A program made the position numbers and the translations under genes. The notes beneath the pieces are model-generated. The model saw only the letters and a program-made list of their open reading frames with translations. It made no database searches and had not been told where the DNA came from. DNA of 63,969 bases, the filler included, from Lama guanicoe (Eukaryota): assembly GCA_013239625.1 (NCBI GenBank). It is 104 parts of 104 records of this genome, joined end to end, with 100 filler letters (N's around TTAATTAATTAA, not from the genome) between each part and the next. Parts side by side here need not be neighbours in the genome. Positions count along the whole stretch, not along the records: positions 1 to 621 come from PNXV01027286.1; positions 722 to 1,500 come from PNXV01027288.1; positions 1,601 to 2,132 come from PNXV01027290.1; positions 2,233 to 2,712 come from PNXV01027291.1; positions 2,813 to 3,277 come from PNXV01027293.1; positions 3,378 to 3,626 come from PNXV01027294.1; positions 3,727 to 4,104 come from PNXV01027295.1; positions 4,205 to 4,471 come from PNXV01027296.1; 96 more parts are not named here. One strand, written 5' to 3'. Below are positions 1-12,215 of the stretch, piece by piece. Position 1 is the first letter of the stretch. Each line of letters begins with the position of its first letter.

Positions 1-131
1 CTCTTGACCTTGACACTATCACTGATATTTTATAGATGACAAAATTGATCAGAGATTTGAAGTGAAATCTTAAGGAATCTTAGGGAATTTACTTTAAAAT
101 ATATTATTGGAGTTCTGGATTCCCAGATTGT

Positions 132-165
132 TATCTATCTATCTATCTATCTATCTGTCTATCTA
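132..165. repeat. (TATC)n microsatellite
   Basis: About 8 TATC units with one TGTC variant. Confidence 0.95.
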
Positions 166-621
166 AATGCATCCCCTATGTCCCCTATCTTATTCCTCAA
201 ATATTAAATATTTTGAGTAACATATCTGAAATATGAGTGGGTCACTTTTTATTGACTGACACAAAAAATAACTGAAAAGGAAGAAAAATAAAAAATTAAA
301 GATATTAAAAATGAAATTCTATATAGGAGGTAGAAGATCAAGAATGTATGTAAACAGTGTCTTAAAACACAAAGTTATTTCAATGTTTATAATTCACTCA
401 TTTTGACATATTCTATTTTCTAATATATACTAGCTTTAAGGTATTTTCACTTGACCCCACAACAACCACACACATTATGTTTAAAGATGCTCTTTCAAAG
501 CTTTTATTTTTTTTATTTCTTAATTTTAAAATTTAATTTTATTTTTTTATCTTTTTATTATTTTTTAATCAGAGCTTTTATTTTATTATTTTTTTAATCA
601 AAGCTTTTAAATGAAATCCAA

Positions 622-721
622 NNNNNNNNNNNNNNNNNNNNNNNNNNNNNNNNNNNNNNNNNNNNTTAATTAATTAANNNNNNNNNNNNNNNNNNNNNNN
701 NNNNNNNNNNNNNNNNNNNNN
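622..721. other. Artificial contig spacer N44-TTAATTAATTAA-N44 (first of ~103)
   Basis: The same 100-bp structure recurs through the whole window. TTAATTAATTAA is self-complementary and gives TAA in all six frames. Confidence 0.99.
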
Positions 722-1500
722 CGGAATGCCTGTGCTCGTCTCCCCTGAGGGTTTTCCGCATGTCTCTGTGGCAGGGAATTCTAGGGGGGGTTGCAGGAAA
801 TCCCAGTTACAGAGGCTGCCTCCCCAAGATCAGGGAAGGTATTTCTCGGACTTCCCTGAGCAGGGAACACCTGTGACTGAAGAGAGCTGCGTGGAGTTGT
901 CTCTCGAGCTCCCCCACTCAATGACAATGGTTCCGGAATCCTGAGCGTGGGGAGGTTCCACCAACGGTCGGCAGCGCGTGGGTTCTAACGGAATGCCTGT
1001 GCTCGTCTCCCCTGAGTGTTTTCCTCATGTCTCTGTGCCAGGGAATGCTAGGGGGGGTTGCAGGAAATCCCAGTGACCGAGGCTGCCTCCGCAAGGTCAG
1101 GGAAGGTTTTTCTCGCACTTCCACGAGCAGGAAACACCTGTGACTGAAGAGAGCTGCGTGGAGTTGTCTCTCGAGCTCCCCCACTCAATGACAATGGTTC
1201 CGGAATCCTGAGCGTGGGGAGGTTCCACCAACGTTCGGCAGCGCGTGGGTTATAAGGGAATGCCTGTGCTCGTCTCCCCTGAGTGTTTTCCTCATGTCTC
1301 TGTGCCAGGGAATGCTAGGGGGGGTTGCAGGAAATCCCAGTGACCGAGGCTGCCTCCGCAAGGTCAGGGAAGGTTTTTCTCGGACTTCCCCGAGCAGGGA
1401 ACACCTGTCACTGTAGAGAGCTGCGTGGAGTTGTCTCTCGAGATCCCCCACTCGATGACTATGGTTCCGGAATCCTGAGCGTGGGGAGGTTCCACCAACG
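722..1500 (+). repeat. 267-bp GC-rich satellite, ~3 monomers
   Basis: GGAATCCTGAGCGTGGGGAGGTTCCACCAACG recurs every 267 bp. ORFs 918-1184 and 1185-1451 are tandem copies. Confidence 0.97.
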
Positions 1501-1654
1501 NNNNNNNNNNNNNNNNNNNNNNNNNNNNNNNNNNNNNNNNNNNNTTAATTAATTAANNNNNNNNNNNNNNNNNNNNNNNNNNNNNNNNNNNNNNNNNNNN
1601 AGTGTTCTTTTATTTTTTCTTAATGGCGTTGATTTTATTTTTACTTATTATATA

Positions 1655-1915
1655 AAATTTTTTTTTTGAAGTGTAGTCAATTTACAATGTTAGTTTCAGG
1701 TGTACAGCAGAGATTCAGTTATAAACATATGTATATGTATATACATTTGTTTTAGAGTGTTTTTAGGGAAACTCATTACAAGAAATTGAATATAGTTCCC
1801 TGTGCTATATAGTAGGTCCTTGTCATTTATTTTATATTTATTAATGTGTATCCATTAATCCTCCCTTTCCTGCCTGCTAACCACAGTTTGCTTTCTATGT
1901 CCATGAGTCGATTTC
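1655..1915 (-). mobile_element. LINE-1 3' end fragment
   Basis: A poly(T) run followed by an L1 3'UTR-like antisense stretch (TTTACAATGTTAGTTTCAGGTGTACAGC...TTCCCTGTGCTATATAGTAGGTCCTTG). Confidence 0.8.
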
Positions 1916-2232
1916 TAGCAGCACCGCTTTTGCTAGTAATATATGCTGGTTGACAGTTTTCAGTTTCAGTAATTCCATCTTATCTGTGGGCACTTTTCTT
2001 CTGGTGGCCTTTATGTGGTTTGCACACGTGGTAATAGAGATCTGTATTTGGGAGAACTCCAGGCCTTATGTAGTCCCTGGTATGGAGCGTCCACTGAGTT
2101 GATGCTTGAACTGGGGAAAAAGCACAGTAAATNNNNNNNNNNNNNNNNNNNNNNNNNNNNNNNNNNNNNNNNNNNNTTAATTAATTAANNNNNNNNNNNN
2201 NNNNNNNNNNNNNNNNNNNNNNNNNNNNNNNN

Positions 2233-2340
2233 GCGTTTCACGGCATTTCTTCAAACCATGAATGGTGTCGCTCTCCTTCACATCTTCTGTCTCTGTGTGG
2301 TGTAGGGGTGGGCAGGGGTTAGTAAGAGTTGAATTGTTAT
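2233..2340 (-). other. Candidate coding exon (3' side truncated), gene unidentified
   Basis: Acceptor TTCCCCTTTATAG, then an open frame NNSTLTNPCPPLHHTETEDVKESDTIHGLKKCRET to the contig end, next to an AT-rich intron-like flank. Confidence 0.3.
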
Positions 2341-2894
2341 CTATAAAGGGGAATATTTGAATTCTAAAAATAGTGAATAAATAACCTGAAAGAGAGTTTA
2401 AAATTTTTTTATTGTAATCATTTGAGATATAGAAAAGCAACTTACAAATGATCCGTTGAGTCTTATCATCTGTTAATTGTAAAACTCCATCCCCCCGTTT
2501 TTTATATATACATATAATATATATATATAATATGTGCTATATATTATTATATATGATACATGTTTATTTATTTTTATATACATTACGTATAAATATTTAT
2601 ACATATATATAAATACTTTGGTTGGAATAAGTCATCACATCATTCAAAGGAGAATAGTAAATAACATTAGGGGAAACTTCCAACTTTTGTATAAATCCAT
2701 TATATAATTTTGNNNNNNNNNNNNNNNNNNNNNNNNNNNNNNNNNNNNNNNNNNNNTTAATTAATTAANNNNNNNNNNNNNNNNNNNNNNNNNNNNNNNN
2801 NNNNNNNNNNNNTTAGCTGGGGCCTCAGAGCTCCCTTCACAACCCACTCCTGTTGATACAAAAAAAAAAAAAAGTTGGGCATGAGAAGGGTTGT

Positions 2895-3277
2895 GTCCCA
2901 TGTTTTGGTTGAGCCCCTGGGATGTGCCCCACCAGATTTTATTCCTTGGCTTCTTGCAGTAAAGAATTCAACAGCAAGCCAGTGTTGAGTAAAGGTAGAT
3001 TTATTCAGAGAGATACATTGAAAGGCAAGAGAAAAGTCACGAGATTTGGGGGTTTGATGCTCAGATTAAAGGTAGGTACATAATCCACAGACAGAGTGTG
3101 GGTCTTCTCCGAAGAGGGAGAGAGAGGGGTGACCGAGAGGTGGCGCTGTGTTGCTGATTTTCTTGGGCTTGGTGGCTTCATATGCTAATGAGTAGAAGGA
3201 CCAGCCTAAGGGCAAGGGGCTGGGATTTCCAGGGAGTTGGCCATTTCCCATCCTGTGATATATTGTGGCTAGCCTTG
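2895..3277 (-). mobile_element. ERV LTR fragment
   Basis: LTR U3/R/U5-like composition with minus-strand AATAAA near 3000. Resembles laurasiatherian ERV1 LTRs. Confidence 0.6.
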
Positions 3278-3377
3278 NNNNNNNNNNNNNNNNNNNNNNN
3301 NNNNNNNNNNNNNNNNNNNNNTTAATTAATTAANNNNNNNNNNNNNNNNNNNNNNNNNNNNNNNNNNNNNNNNNNNN

Positions 3378-3626
3378 GAGGCCAAATAGTAGCGAGTGTC
3401 CCCGATGGACTGAGGAAGTATTAAGAGGAATTCTCGATAAAGGGGAACACCTGAGCACACATTCATCTGCGTGGAGTGGGGCTTCAAATCTCCCCACCAC
3501 ACAAGGTTGGGTTCCAGTATCCTGAGGGTGTGGTAGTTCCTCCAACGGACATAAGTGTCCTGGTTTTAATAGAATCACTTTGCTTGTTTTCCCTGATGGT
3601 TTGCCTAGGCCAGTGTGTGGTTGAAT
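3378..3626 (+). repeat. Diverged ~265-bp satellite related to the 267-bp family
   Basis: GTATCCTGAGGGTGTGGTAGTTCCTCCAACGG...TTCCCTGATGG aligns with the monomers at 18463-19107. Confidence 0.75.
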
Positions 3627-3726
3627 NNNNNNNNNNNNNNNNNNNNNNNNNNNNNNNNNNNNNNNNNNNNTTAATTAATTAANNNNNNNNNNNNNNNNNN
3701 NNNNNNNNNNNNNNNNNNNNNNNNNN

Positions 3727-4104
3727 TATGTTGAGATATGTTCCCTCTATACCCACTTTGATAAGAGTTTTTATCTTAAATAGGTTTTGAATTTTATCAA
3801 ATGCTTTTTCTGTGTCTATTGAGATGATCATGTGATTTTGTCCTTTCTCTTGTTGATGTGGTGTATCACTTTGATTCATTTGCATATGTTGAACCATCCT
3901 TGTGTCCCTGAGATGAACCCAAATTGATAATGATGTATAATTTTTTTATGTGTTTTTGGATTCTGTTTGCTAATATTTTGTTGAGGATTTTCCCCTTTCA
4001 TTTCTTAATTTGTTTTTTGATTTCCCTTTCTCTTTTCTTCTTGGTGAACATTGCGAGAGGTTTTTTATTTTGTTTAGTCTTTAAAAAAAACCAGCTCTTG
4101 ATTT
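3727..4104 (-). mobile_element. LINE-1 ORF2 fragment (RT region, degenerate, internally deleted)
   Basis: The minus strand encodes [17 protein letters not shown]...[15 protein letters not shown], a typical L1 RT motif. Confidence 0.95.
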
Positions 4105-4204
4105 NNNNNNNNNNNNNNNNNNNNNNNNNNNNNNNNNNNNNNNNNNNNTTAATTAATTAANNNNNNNNNNNNNNNNNNNNNNNNNNNNNNNNNNNNNNNN
4201 NNNN

Positions 4205-4471
4205 AATGGTTCTGGAATCCTGAGCGTGTTGAGGTTCCACCAATGGTCGGCAGAGCGTGGGTTATAACGGAATGCCTAAGCTCGACTCCCCTTAGGTTTT
4301 TCCTAATGTCTCTGTGCCAGGGAATGCTAGGGGTGTTTGCATGAAGTCCCAGTGACAGAGGCTGCCTCCCCATGGTCAGGGAAGGTTTTTCAAGGACTTC
4401 CCCGAACAGGCACACCTGTGAATGAAGAGAGATGTGTGGAGATGTCTCTCGAGCTCCCCCACGCTCTGACA
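4205..4471 (+). repeat. 267-bp satellite monomer
   Basis: Aligns to the monomer at 722-1500. Confidence 0.95.
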
Positions 4472-5304
4472 NNNNNNNNNNNNNNNNNNNNNNNNNNNNN
4501 NNNNNNNNNNNNNNNTTAATTAATTAANNNNNNNNNNNNNNNNNNNNNNNNNNNNNNNNNNNNNNNNNNNNCAGCGATGCACTGCTTCAGTACTCCCTTG
4601 GGCTGGGTTTCCAAGCTGTGTGATGGAAGGCTTCTCCTTCCTGCGGTGCAGTCGGGGGAACTAGATCCATCGTCAATGTCAGCCCTGAAAATGGAGGCTG
4701 CGCTACCTCCATTCCTGGAAGGAAAAATCAGTCCCCTCCTATCCAGGTGACTCAGAAAGTCATTCAGCAATGTTCGAGGCCCCCAGTTTAGGCTTTGAAT
4801 TAGAGCTAAGCGGCTAAGGAGGCCAGATCCCTGTCCGTGGCTCCAGGAGCAGGCTTTCTGCTTGGGGACAGGATCCTCACAAACACCTGTGCCTTTGTGG
4901 GACACTCCCTTCTGACAAGCTGGGAGGCAGGGTGCAGTTGCGGGAAATCGTGTTTCCATGAGCAGAGGGCCACCATGTGGTGGGGGCACANNNNNNNNNN
5001 NNNNNNNNNNNNNNNNNNNNNNNNNNNNNNNNNNTTAATTAATTAANNNNNNNNNNNNNNNNNNNNNNNNNNNNNNNNNNNNNNNNNNNNTATTCTAGGC
5101 ACACTGAATAAATTCTCTTTAGAGAACTCCTACTTTTTTAAATAAATGACCTATAAGAATACACCCAGCATTAATCAGTAAATCTTCATTCCTTATTTTA
5201 AAATTCTTCAGGCATGCTATTTTTCTTAAACCAAATGAGGAGGTATTCGCAGGCCAATGGACAACGGAATTACCTAAGAAGACATTATAAAGCACCAAGA
5301 GCAA

Positions 5305-5500
5305 CTAGCACTATGTCAAGCATTCTGCCTGAGAGTGACTCGTACCATCTCATTTTGACCTGACTGCTTGGAGGTGAGCTCCATCAACCCATTCAACACA
5401 TGAAGAAACTGAGGCTATGGGTGGTCATGTTTCCAGAACTTGGTGGAGCCAGGATCCAAACCCGGATCTTTGTCTATAGAGCCTGTGCCTTTACCAGATC
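5305..5500 (-). mobile_element. MIR SINE
   Basis: Core ATGAAGAAACTGAGGCT, plus GGTGGAGCCAGGATCCAAACCC. Confidence 0.75.
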
Positions 5501-5861
5501 ACACTACATTTCTCACTCTTCAAATGCACTCAGCCCCAAAGGTAACACACCTTCCTTGCGTTTCTAGGAATTTTAGGAATTACTGAATTACAAGGACTAA
5601 CCAGACATTTGTGTAGGCTAATTTTACGTTTTCTGGTTTTACGGAATAAGTTCAGGCAGAATTCGTTCTACTTATGAGAAGTCCTGAGGCAGAGGAGAGA
5701 GGGGAAGATAATCCAGACATAAACAATTTCAAGGGATCCACTTCATGAAGGAAGCAAGGTANNNNNNNNNNNNNNNNNNNNNNNNNNNNNNNNNNNNNNN
5801 NNNNNTTAATTAATTAANNNNNNNNNNNNNNNNNNNNNNNNNNNNNNNNNNNNNNNNNNNN

Positions 5862-6481
5862 GGAGGCCGCCTCTGTCACTGGGATTTCCTGCAAACCCCC
5901 TAGCATTCCCAGGCCCAGAGACTTGAGGAAAAACCTCAGGGGATACGAGCACAGGCACTCCCTTAGAACGCACGCGCTGCCGACCGTTGGTGGAACCTCC
6001 CCACGCTCAGGATTCTGGAACCATTGTCATTGAGTGGGGGAGCTCGAGAGACAACTCCACGCAGCTCTCTTCATTCACAGGTGTTCCCTGCTCGGGGAAG
6101 TCCGAGAAAAAACTTCCCTGACCTTGGGGAGGAAGCCTCTGTCACTGGGATTTCCTGCAAAACCCACTAACATTTCCTGGCACAATGACATGAGGAAAAC
6201 CCTCAGGGGAGACGAGCACAGGCATTCCCTTAGAAACCACACGCTGCCGACCGTTGGTGGAACCTTCCCACGCTCAATATTCCGGAACCATTGTCATTGA
6301 GTGGGGGAGATCGAGAGACAACTCCACGCAGCTCTCTTCAGTCACAGGTGTTCCCTGCTCGGGGAAGTCTGAGAAATAACTTCCCTGAACTTGGGGAGGC
6401 AGCCTCTTTCGCTGGGATTTCCTGCAAACCCTCCTAGCATACCCTGGCACATAGATATGAGGAAAAACCTCAGGGGAGACG
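5862..6481 (-). repeat. 267-bp satellite (reverse orientation)
   Basis: Reverse complement of the 267-bp monomer, ~2.3 copies. Confidence 0.96.
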
Positions 6482-6581
6482 NNNNNNNNNNNNNNNNNNN
6501 NNNNNNNNNNNNNNNNNNNNNNNNNTTAATTAATTAANNNNNNNNNNNNNNNNNNNNNNNNNNNNNNNNNNNNNNNNNNNN

Positions 6582-7057
6582 GTTCTAAATTATGGCTTCT
6601 ATATTCTCTATTCTATATTCTATATTTTGTAATCTTCATTCTATATTTTAAATTATATTTTCTGCATTTCGTTCAATATTCTGTATTCTATATTTTAATT
6701 CTGTGTTCGACAATCTATATTCTGCATTTCGTATTCTACATTCTATTTTCTGTGTTCTATATTCTATACCCTAAATTCTATATTCAGTATTCTGTATTCT
6801 GTATTCAATATTCTGTGTTCCGCATTCTATGTTCTAAATTGTATACTCAGTATTCCGTATTCTATATTCTATATTCTCTGTTCTATATTTTAGATTCTAA
6901 ATTCTATATACAGAATTCTGTATTCTATATTCTAAATTCTGTGTTCTTCATTCCATGTTCTAAATTCTGGCTTCTGTATTCTGTTCTCCATATTCTATAT
7001 TCTGTTTCCTGCATTCTATATTCTGTTTTCTACATTCTATATTCTGTATCCTAAATT
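6582..7057 (+). repeat. AT-rich heptamer-based satellite
   Basis: Degenerate ATTCTAT/ATTCTAA/GTTCTAC 7-mers with the recurring block TTCTAAATTCTGTGTTCT. Confidence 0.93.
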
Positions 7058-7171
7058 NNNNNNNNNNNNNNNNNNNNNNNNNNNNNNNNNNNNNNNNNNN
7101 NTTAATTAATTAANNNNNNNNNNNNNNNNNNNNNNNNNNNNNNNNNNNNNNNNNNNNTCTAATGTCATCTA

Positions 7172-7221
7172 GTGTGTACGTGTGTGTGTGTGTGTGTGTG
7201 TGTGTGCGCACGCGCACATGC
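7172..7221. repeat. (TG)n microsatellite in a 50-bp alternating purine-pyrimidine tract
   Basis: GTGTGTAC(GT)nGCGCACGCGCACATGC. Confidence 0.95.
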
Positions 7222-7678
7222 CAGTGCTTGTGTTCTGGGTGCTTGAAAGAAAATGGCCCCACATGGGGAGGAAAGGGCAAGTGCTTTCAAGATGTTAAGC
7301 ATTCTACTTTCCAAGCAAACCTTATAGAAGCTGGTGGAGCCCTGGCTTAGGAAGTCAGAACATCCCATTACCTCGGGGCTCTGCCTGCTGTGCGCCCTGG
7401 GCCAGTGCCTGCCTCTCTATGGGCTTTAATTTCCCAGTTATCCAACAAGGATGAGATTCAGAGCTGCAGGAGTGCGAGCTCAGCAGTAGCGTGGCCCCAG
7501 GGCCCTCGCCCCTGGGCGGGGTTTGGGTGGGAACGCACTGAGGAGGCTCCCCTCACCTGGGCTCCTCCTAAGAAGACANNNNNNNNNNNNNNNNNNNNNN
7601 NNNNNNNNNNNNNNNNNNNNNNTTAATTAATTAANNNNNNNNNNNNNNNNNNNNNNNNNNNNNNNNNNNNNNNNNNNN

Positions 7679-8189
7679 TTTCAACTGAAGAGAAACTTTG
7701 TGTTCCCTTCAAGCTAGGTTAAGGACGTCTTACACAGACACTTATCTCTCAGAAGCGAGCATGTGGAGAGACGTTCGTTCATCCAGCACAAAGGGAACCG
7801 GTTGCAAGAGAAATGCTTACTCTCGTTTCTCAGTCTGATTCCATGTGCCGGTTTGAAGTTCCTGCGGTTTTCACTGTAAAACCCAGTTGGTGTTTGTACC
7901 TCCCCATATATATGTATAGAGTGGTGTTTGCAACTGAAAAGAAACTTTGTGTTCCCTTCAAGCTATGTGAAGGACGGCTTTCACACACACTTATCTCTCA
8001 GAACTGAGCATGTGGAGAGACGTTCTTTCATCCAGCACAAAGGGAACGGGTTGCAGGAGAAACAATTCCTCTCGTTTCTCAGTCTGATTCCATGTGCCGG
8101 TTTGAAGTTCCTGCGGTTTTCACTGTAAAACCCAGTTGGTGTTTGTACCTCCCCATATATATGTATAGAGTGGTGTTTGCAACTGAAAA
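7679..8189 (+). repeat. 249-bp satellite
   Basis: CAACTGAA at 7682 and 7931 (period 249), with near-identical monomers. Confidence 0.96.
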
Positions 8190-8289
8190 NNNNNNNNNNN
8201 NNNNNNNNNNNNNNNNNNNNNNNNNNNNNNNNNTTAATTAATTAANNNNNNNNNNNNNNNNNNNNNNNNNNNNNNNNNNNNNNNNNNNN

Positions 8290-9080
8290 AAATTCTATAT
8301 TCAGTATTCTACATTCTATATTCTAAATTCTATATTCACTATTCTGTACTGTATATTCTAAATTCTGTGTTCTGCATTCCTTGTTCAAAATTCTGTCTTC
8401 TATATTCCCTATTCTATATTCTAAATTTTGTGTTATGCACTCAAAATTCTACATTAAATATACTGCATTCATTATTGTATATTCTATATTCTGTGTTATA
8501 CATTCTAAATATTAAATTCTATATTGAGTATTCTGTATTCTATATTCTAAATTCTGTGTTCTGCATTCAATGTTCTAAATTCTATATTCAGTATTCTGTA
8601 TACTATATTCTAAATTCTCTGTTCTGCATTCCATGATCTATATTCTGGCTTCTATATTCTCTATTTTATAATCTGTATTCTGTGTTCTTCATTCTATATT
8701 CTACATTCTATATTCTGCATTCCGTTTTCTATATTCTATATACTGTGTTCTATATTCTATATTCTAAATACTATTTTCAGTATTCTGTATTCTATATGCT
8801 AAATTCTGTATTCTGCATTCCATTTTCTAAATTCCATATTTTGCATTGCGTGTTCTATATTCTAAATTCTGTGTTCTGCATTCGATGTTCTAAGTTCTAT
8901 ATTCAGTATTCTGAATTGTATATTCTAAATTCTCTGTTCTGCATTCCATCTCTAAATTCTGTGTAGTATATTCTCTTTTATATATCCTATATTTTGTGTT
9001 CTTCATTCTATATTCTACATTCTATGTTCTACATTGCGTATTCTATATTCTAAATACTGTGTTCTGCATTCCATGTTCTA
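8290..9080 (+). repeat. AT-rich heptamer-based satellite
   Basis: Same 7-mer vocabulary as 6582-7057. Confidence 0.94.
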
Positions 9081-9483
9081 NNNNNNNNNNNNNNNNNNNN
9101 NNNNNNNNNNNNNNNNNNNNNNNNTTAATTAATTAANNNNNNNNNNNNNNNNNNNNNNNNNNNNNNNNNNNNNNNNNNNNTCCAACACTGGTTCTATTGT
9201 ACCCAGAATTTATTTTAGCTTTTTTTCCCCAAGGTGAAAACATCAAGGTTTAAGAATATTAAATAAACTTTCTGAGAACACATAAATAATGAAGGAAGAA
9301 ACAGTACTTTAAACTATTGACTTCTTATTATATGTGGACAACAAAAGTTACTTAAACATAGACTGATTAAACAAATATTTACTNNNNNNNNNNNNNNNNN
9401 NNNNNNNNNNNNNNNNNNNNNNNNNNNTTAATTAATTAANNNNNNNNNNNNNNNNNNNNNNNNNNNNNNNNNNNNNNNNNNNN

Positions 9484-10075
9484 TTGTGTCCCTGGGATGA
9501 ACCCCACTTGGTCATGATGTATAATATTTTTTTATGTGTTGTTGGGTTCTATTAGCTAAAATTTTGGTGAGGATTTTAGCATCTATGTTCATGAGTGATA
9601 TTGGCCTGTAATTCTCTGTTTTGGTGGTGTCTTTGCCTGATTTTGGTATCATACTTTATATTTTTATTTTCAAAATTGTTTTACTCTTCTAGTTCTTTCA
9701 TCTTTCTATATAAATTTTAGAATAATCTTGTCTGTATCTACAAAAGATATTGCTGGAATTTTGATAGAAATTTTGTTAAACCTATATATTAATTTGGGGA
9801 GAATTGACATCTTTACTATGTTTAGTCTTCTAATCCGTGAATACAGTTTGTCTCTCTATTTATTCAAATCTTTCTTCCTTTCCCTCCATCCCTTCCTTCT
9901 TTCCTCATTTGTTTCTTCTCTTCTTTCTCTTTCTTTTTTCCATCAGTGGTGTATGGTTTTCAGCATGCGTATCCTGCACATGTTTTGTTAGTGTTACATA
10001 TAAGTATTTCACTTTTTGAACAACTGGAAATGGCAGTGAAATTTTAGTTTCAGGTCTACACACTCATTGCTAATA
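9484..10075 (-). mobile_element. LINE-1 ORF2 fragments (two segments joined near 9650)
   Basis: Antisense L1 motifs GGGATGAACCCCACTTGGTCATG and TTTGGGGAGAATTGACATCTTTACTATG. Confidence 0.85.
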
Positions 10076-10175
10076 NNNNNNNNNNNNNNNNNNNNNNNNN
10101 NNNNNNNNNNNNNNNNNNNTTAATTAATTAANNNNNNNNNNNNNNNNNNNNNNNNNNNNNNNNNNNNNNNNNNNN

Positions 10176-10442
10176 TTAGGATATAGAATACAGAATACTG
10201 AATATGGAATTTAGAAAATAGAATGCAGAACACAGAATTTAGGATATAGAACACAGCATACTGAATATAGAATTTAGAACTAGGAGTGCAAAACACAGAA
10301 CTTAGAAATTCGAATACAGAATACTGAATATAGAATTTAGAACTAGGAGTGCAGAACACAGAATTTAGAAATTCGAATACCGAATACTGAATCTAGAATT
10401 TAGAATATAGACTGTTGAACACAGAATATAAAATATACAGTA
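10176..10442 (-). repeat. AT-rich heptamer-based satellite (reverse)
   Basis: AGAATAT/AGAATTT/AGAACAC units. Confidence 0.93.
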
Positions 10443-11152
10443 NNNNNNNNNNNNNNNNNNNNNNNNNNNNNNNNNNNNNNNNNNNNTTAATTAATTAANN
10501 NNNNNNNNNNNNNNNNNNNNNNNNNNNNNNNNNNNNNNNNNNAAATCACAATCGTGGAAACCGCAGGTGAGCCCTGGCTTCGATCGCCCTGAGCTGGTTA
10601 AGGACGACACGTGCGGATGTGACCCCGGCTCGCACACAACATGCTCCGTGGAGGGCTCCGCACAAACGCTGCACGTCTCCCTGGGCTGTCACCCGAGTAC
10701 CCGGTGCCGCGTCCAACGGGGCTTCGACTGAGGCTGGCCTGCGGCTGTCACCTTCGTTCCAGGCAGCCTTTCCTGAGAGAAGTGTGGCGTGAGTGGCAAG
10801 AGCAGTTGGCACTCAGACCGTGTGGCACTCTGCAGCCCTGAGTTTTAAATATTCCTGTTGCCACCAGGTTTTGAGAGCAGATGCCAGACGACAGAGCACG
10901 GGGTGGCAGAACTCACTTGTGGGCGAGCTTGGGCCTGGCTGGAGCTGCCTGGACGGACAGACTTGTACTGGGGGTCATGAGCGTGCGCGCCTGGGTTAGC
11001 GCGCGTGTGTGTCTGCCTGAGTGCCACTTCCTGGTGTTTATTGTTTTGAGAGNNNNNNNNNNNNNNNNNNNNNNNNNNNNNNNNNNNNNNNNNNNNTTAA
11101 TTAATTAANNNNNNNNNNNNNNNNNNNNNNNNNNNNNNNNNNNNNNNNNNNN

Positions 11153-11655
11153 TGCATTCCGTATTCTAAATTCCATATACTGTGTTCTACATTCATATTC
11201 TCAAATCGATATTTAGTATTCTGAATTCTATATTCTAAATTCTGTGTTGTATATTCCATGTTCTTAATTCTGTGTTCTATATTGTCTGTTTTATATTGTA
11301 TATTTTGTGTTCATCATTCTATATCCTATATTCTTTATTCTGCATTCCGTAGTCTATATTCTATATTCTGTGTTCTACATTCTATATTCTAAATTCTGTA
11401 TTCAGTATTCTGATTTCTATATGCTAAATTCTGTGTTCGGCATTTCATGTTCTAAATTTTGGGATCTATATTCTATATTCTATATTCTGTGTTCTACATC
11501 CTATATTCTAACTACTATATTCATTATTCAGTATTCTATATGCTAAATTCTGTGTTCTATATTTTATATTCGAAATTCTCTTTTCAGTATTCTGTTTTCT
11601 ATATTTTGAATTCTGTGTTCTGCATTCCATGTTCTCAATTCTGGGTTTTGTATTC
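11153..11655 (+). repeat. AT-rich heptamer-based satellite
   Basis: Same 7-mer vocabulary. Confidence 0.93.
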
Positions 11656-12082
11656 NNNNNNNNNNNNNNNNNNNNNNNNNNNNNNNNNNNNNNNNNNNNT
11701 TAATTAATTAANNNNNNNNNNNNNNNNNNNNNNNNNNNNNNNNNNNNNNNNNNNNATCATAACAATTAAACTTTTTCCCCTTCTTTTTTGTCAACATATG
11801 TCTGGGTAGTTTCTTAAAAAAAAAAACAGAGATGAATCAAACAAAAGTGATTAAACTAAAGTGAGATAATTATTTTCACATAAATTTACAAACAATGTCA
11901 AAGGCATTCATTGAGGAAGTTGTTGTGTTATAAGGCAGTCTGTAGAATACAAAATATACTAATTGTCTGTCCTGGGAGACTTTACATTTTAAATGTCACC
12001 AAAAATTTAATCCAATTATATAAAGTAATCTATTGAGATGCATGAAAAAGGTTTGTTTTCTGTTAACCAAAATGCCTTAGCC

Positions 12083-12215
12083 TGTAATTGGGAAGAACAA
12101 ATCTGACTCCACATTAGATTTGTCCCTTTAGCTCTAACCCTGTGCTCTGTTTCCTGTGCTGAGTCATGCTGACTCTGCACCTTTTGTAAAAGGATGTTGC
12201 GTATGCCTGAAATAT
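12083..12215 (+). mobile_element. ERV1-type LTR 5' end
   Basis: Starts TGTAATTGGGAAGAACAAATCTGACTCCAC, resembling artiodactyl ERV1 LTR starts (recalled). Confidence 0.55.

Noticed and set aside
666..677. Regularly recurring TTAATTAATTAA with unique sequence in between, superficially CRISPR-like
   Set aside because: It is always flanked by exactly 44 N on each side. It is an assembly spacer with six-frame stops.
4572..4990. Long minus-strand ORF (157 aa in the track)
   Set aside because: No recognisable domain or splice signals, and part of its length is N spacer.
6752..7054. Tyr/Ile/Leu/Ser/Phe-rich membrane-like ORFs (also 8367, 8682, 16182, 29612, 39875, 48727)
   Set aside because: These are translations of the heptamer satellite. 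They appear in several frames and have no gene structure.
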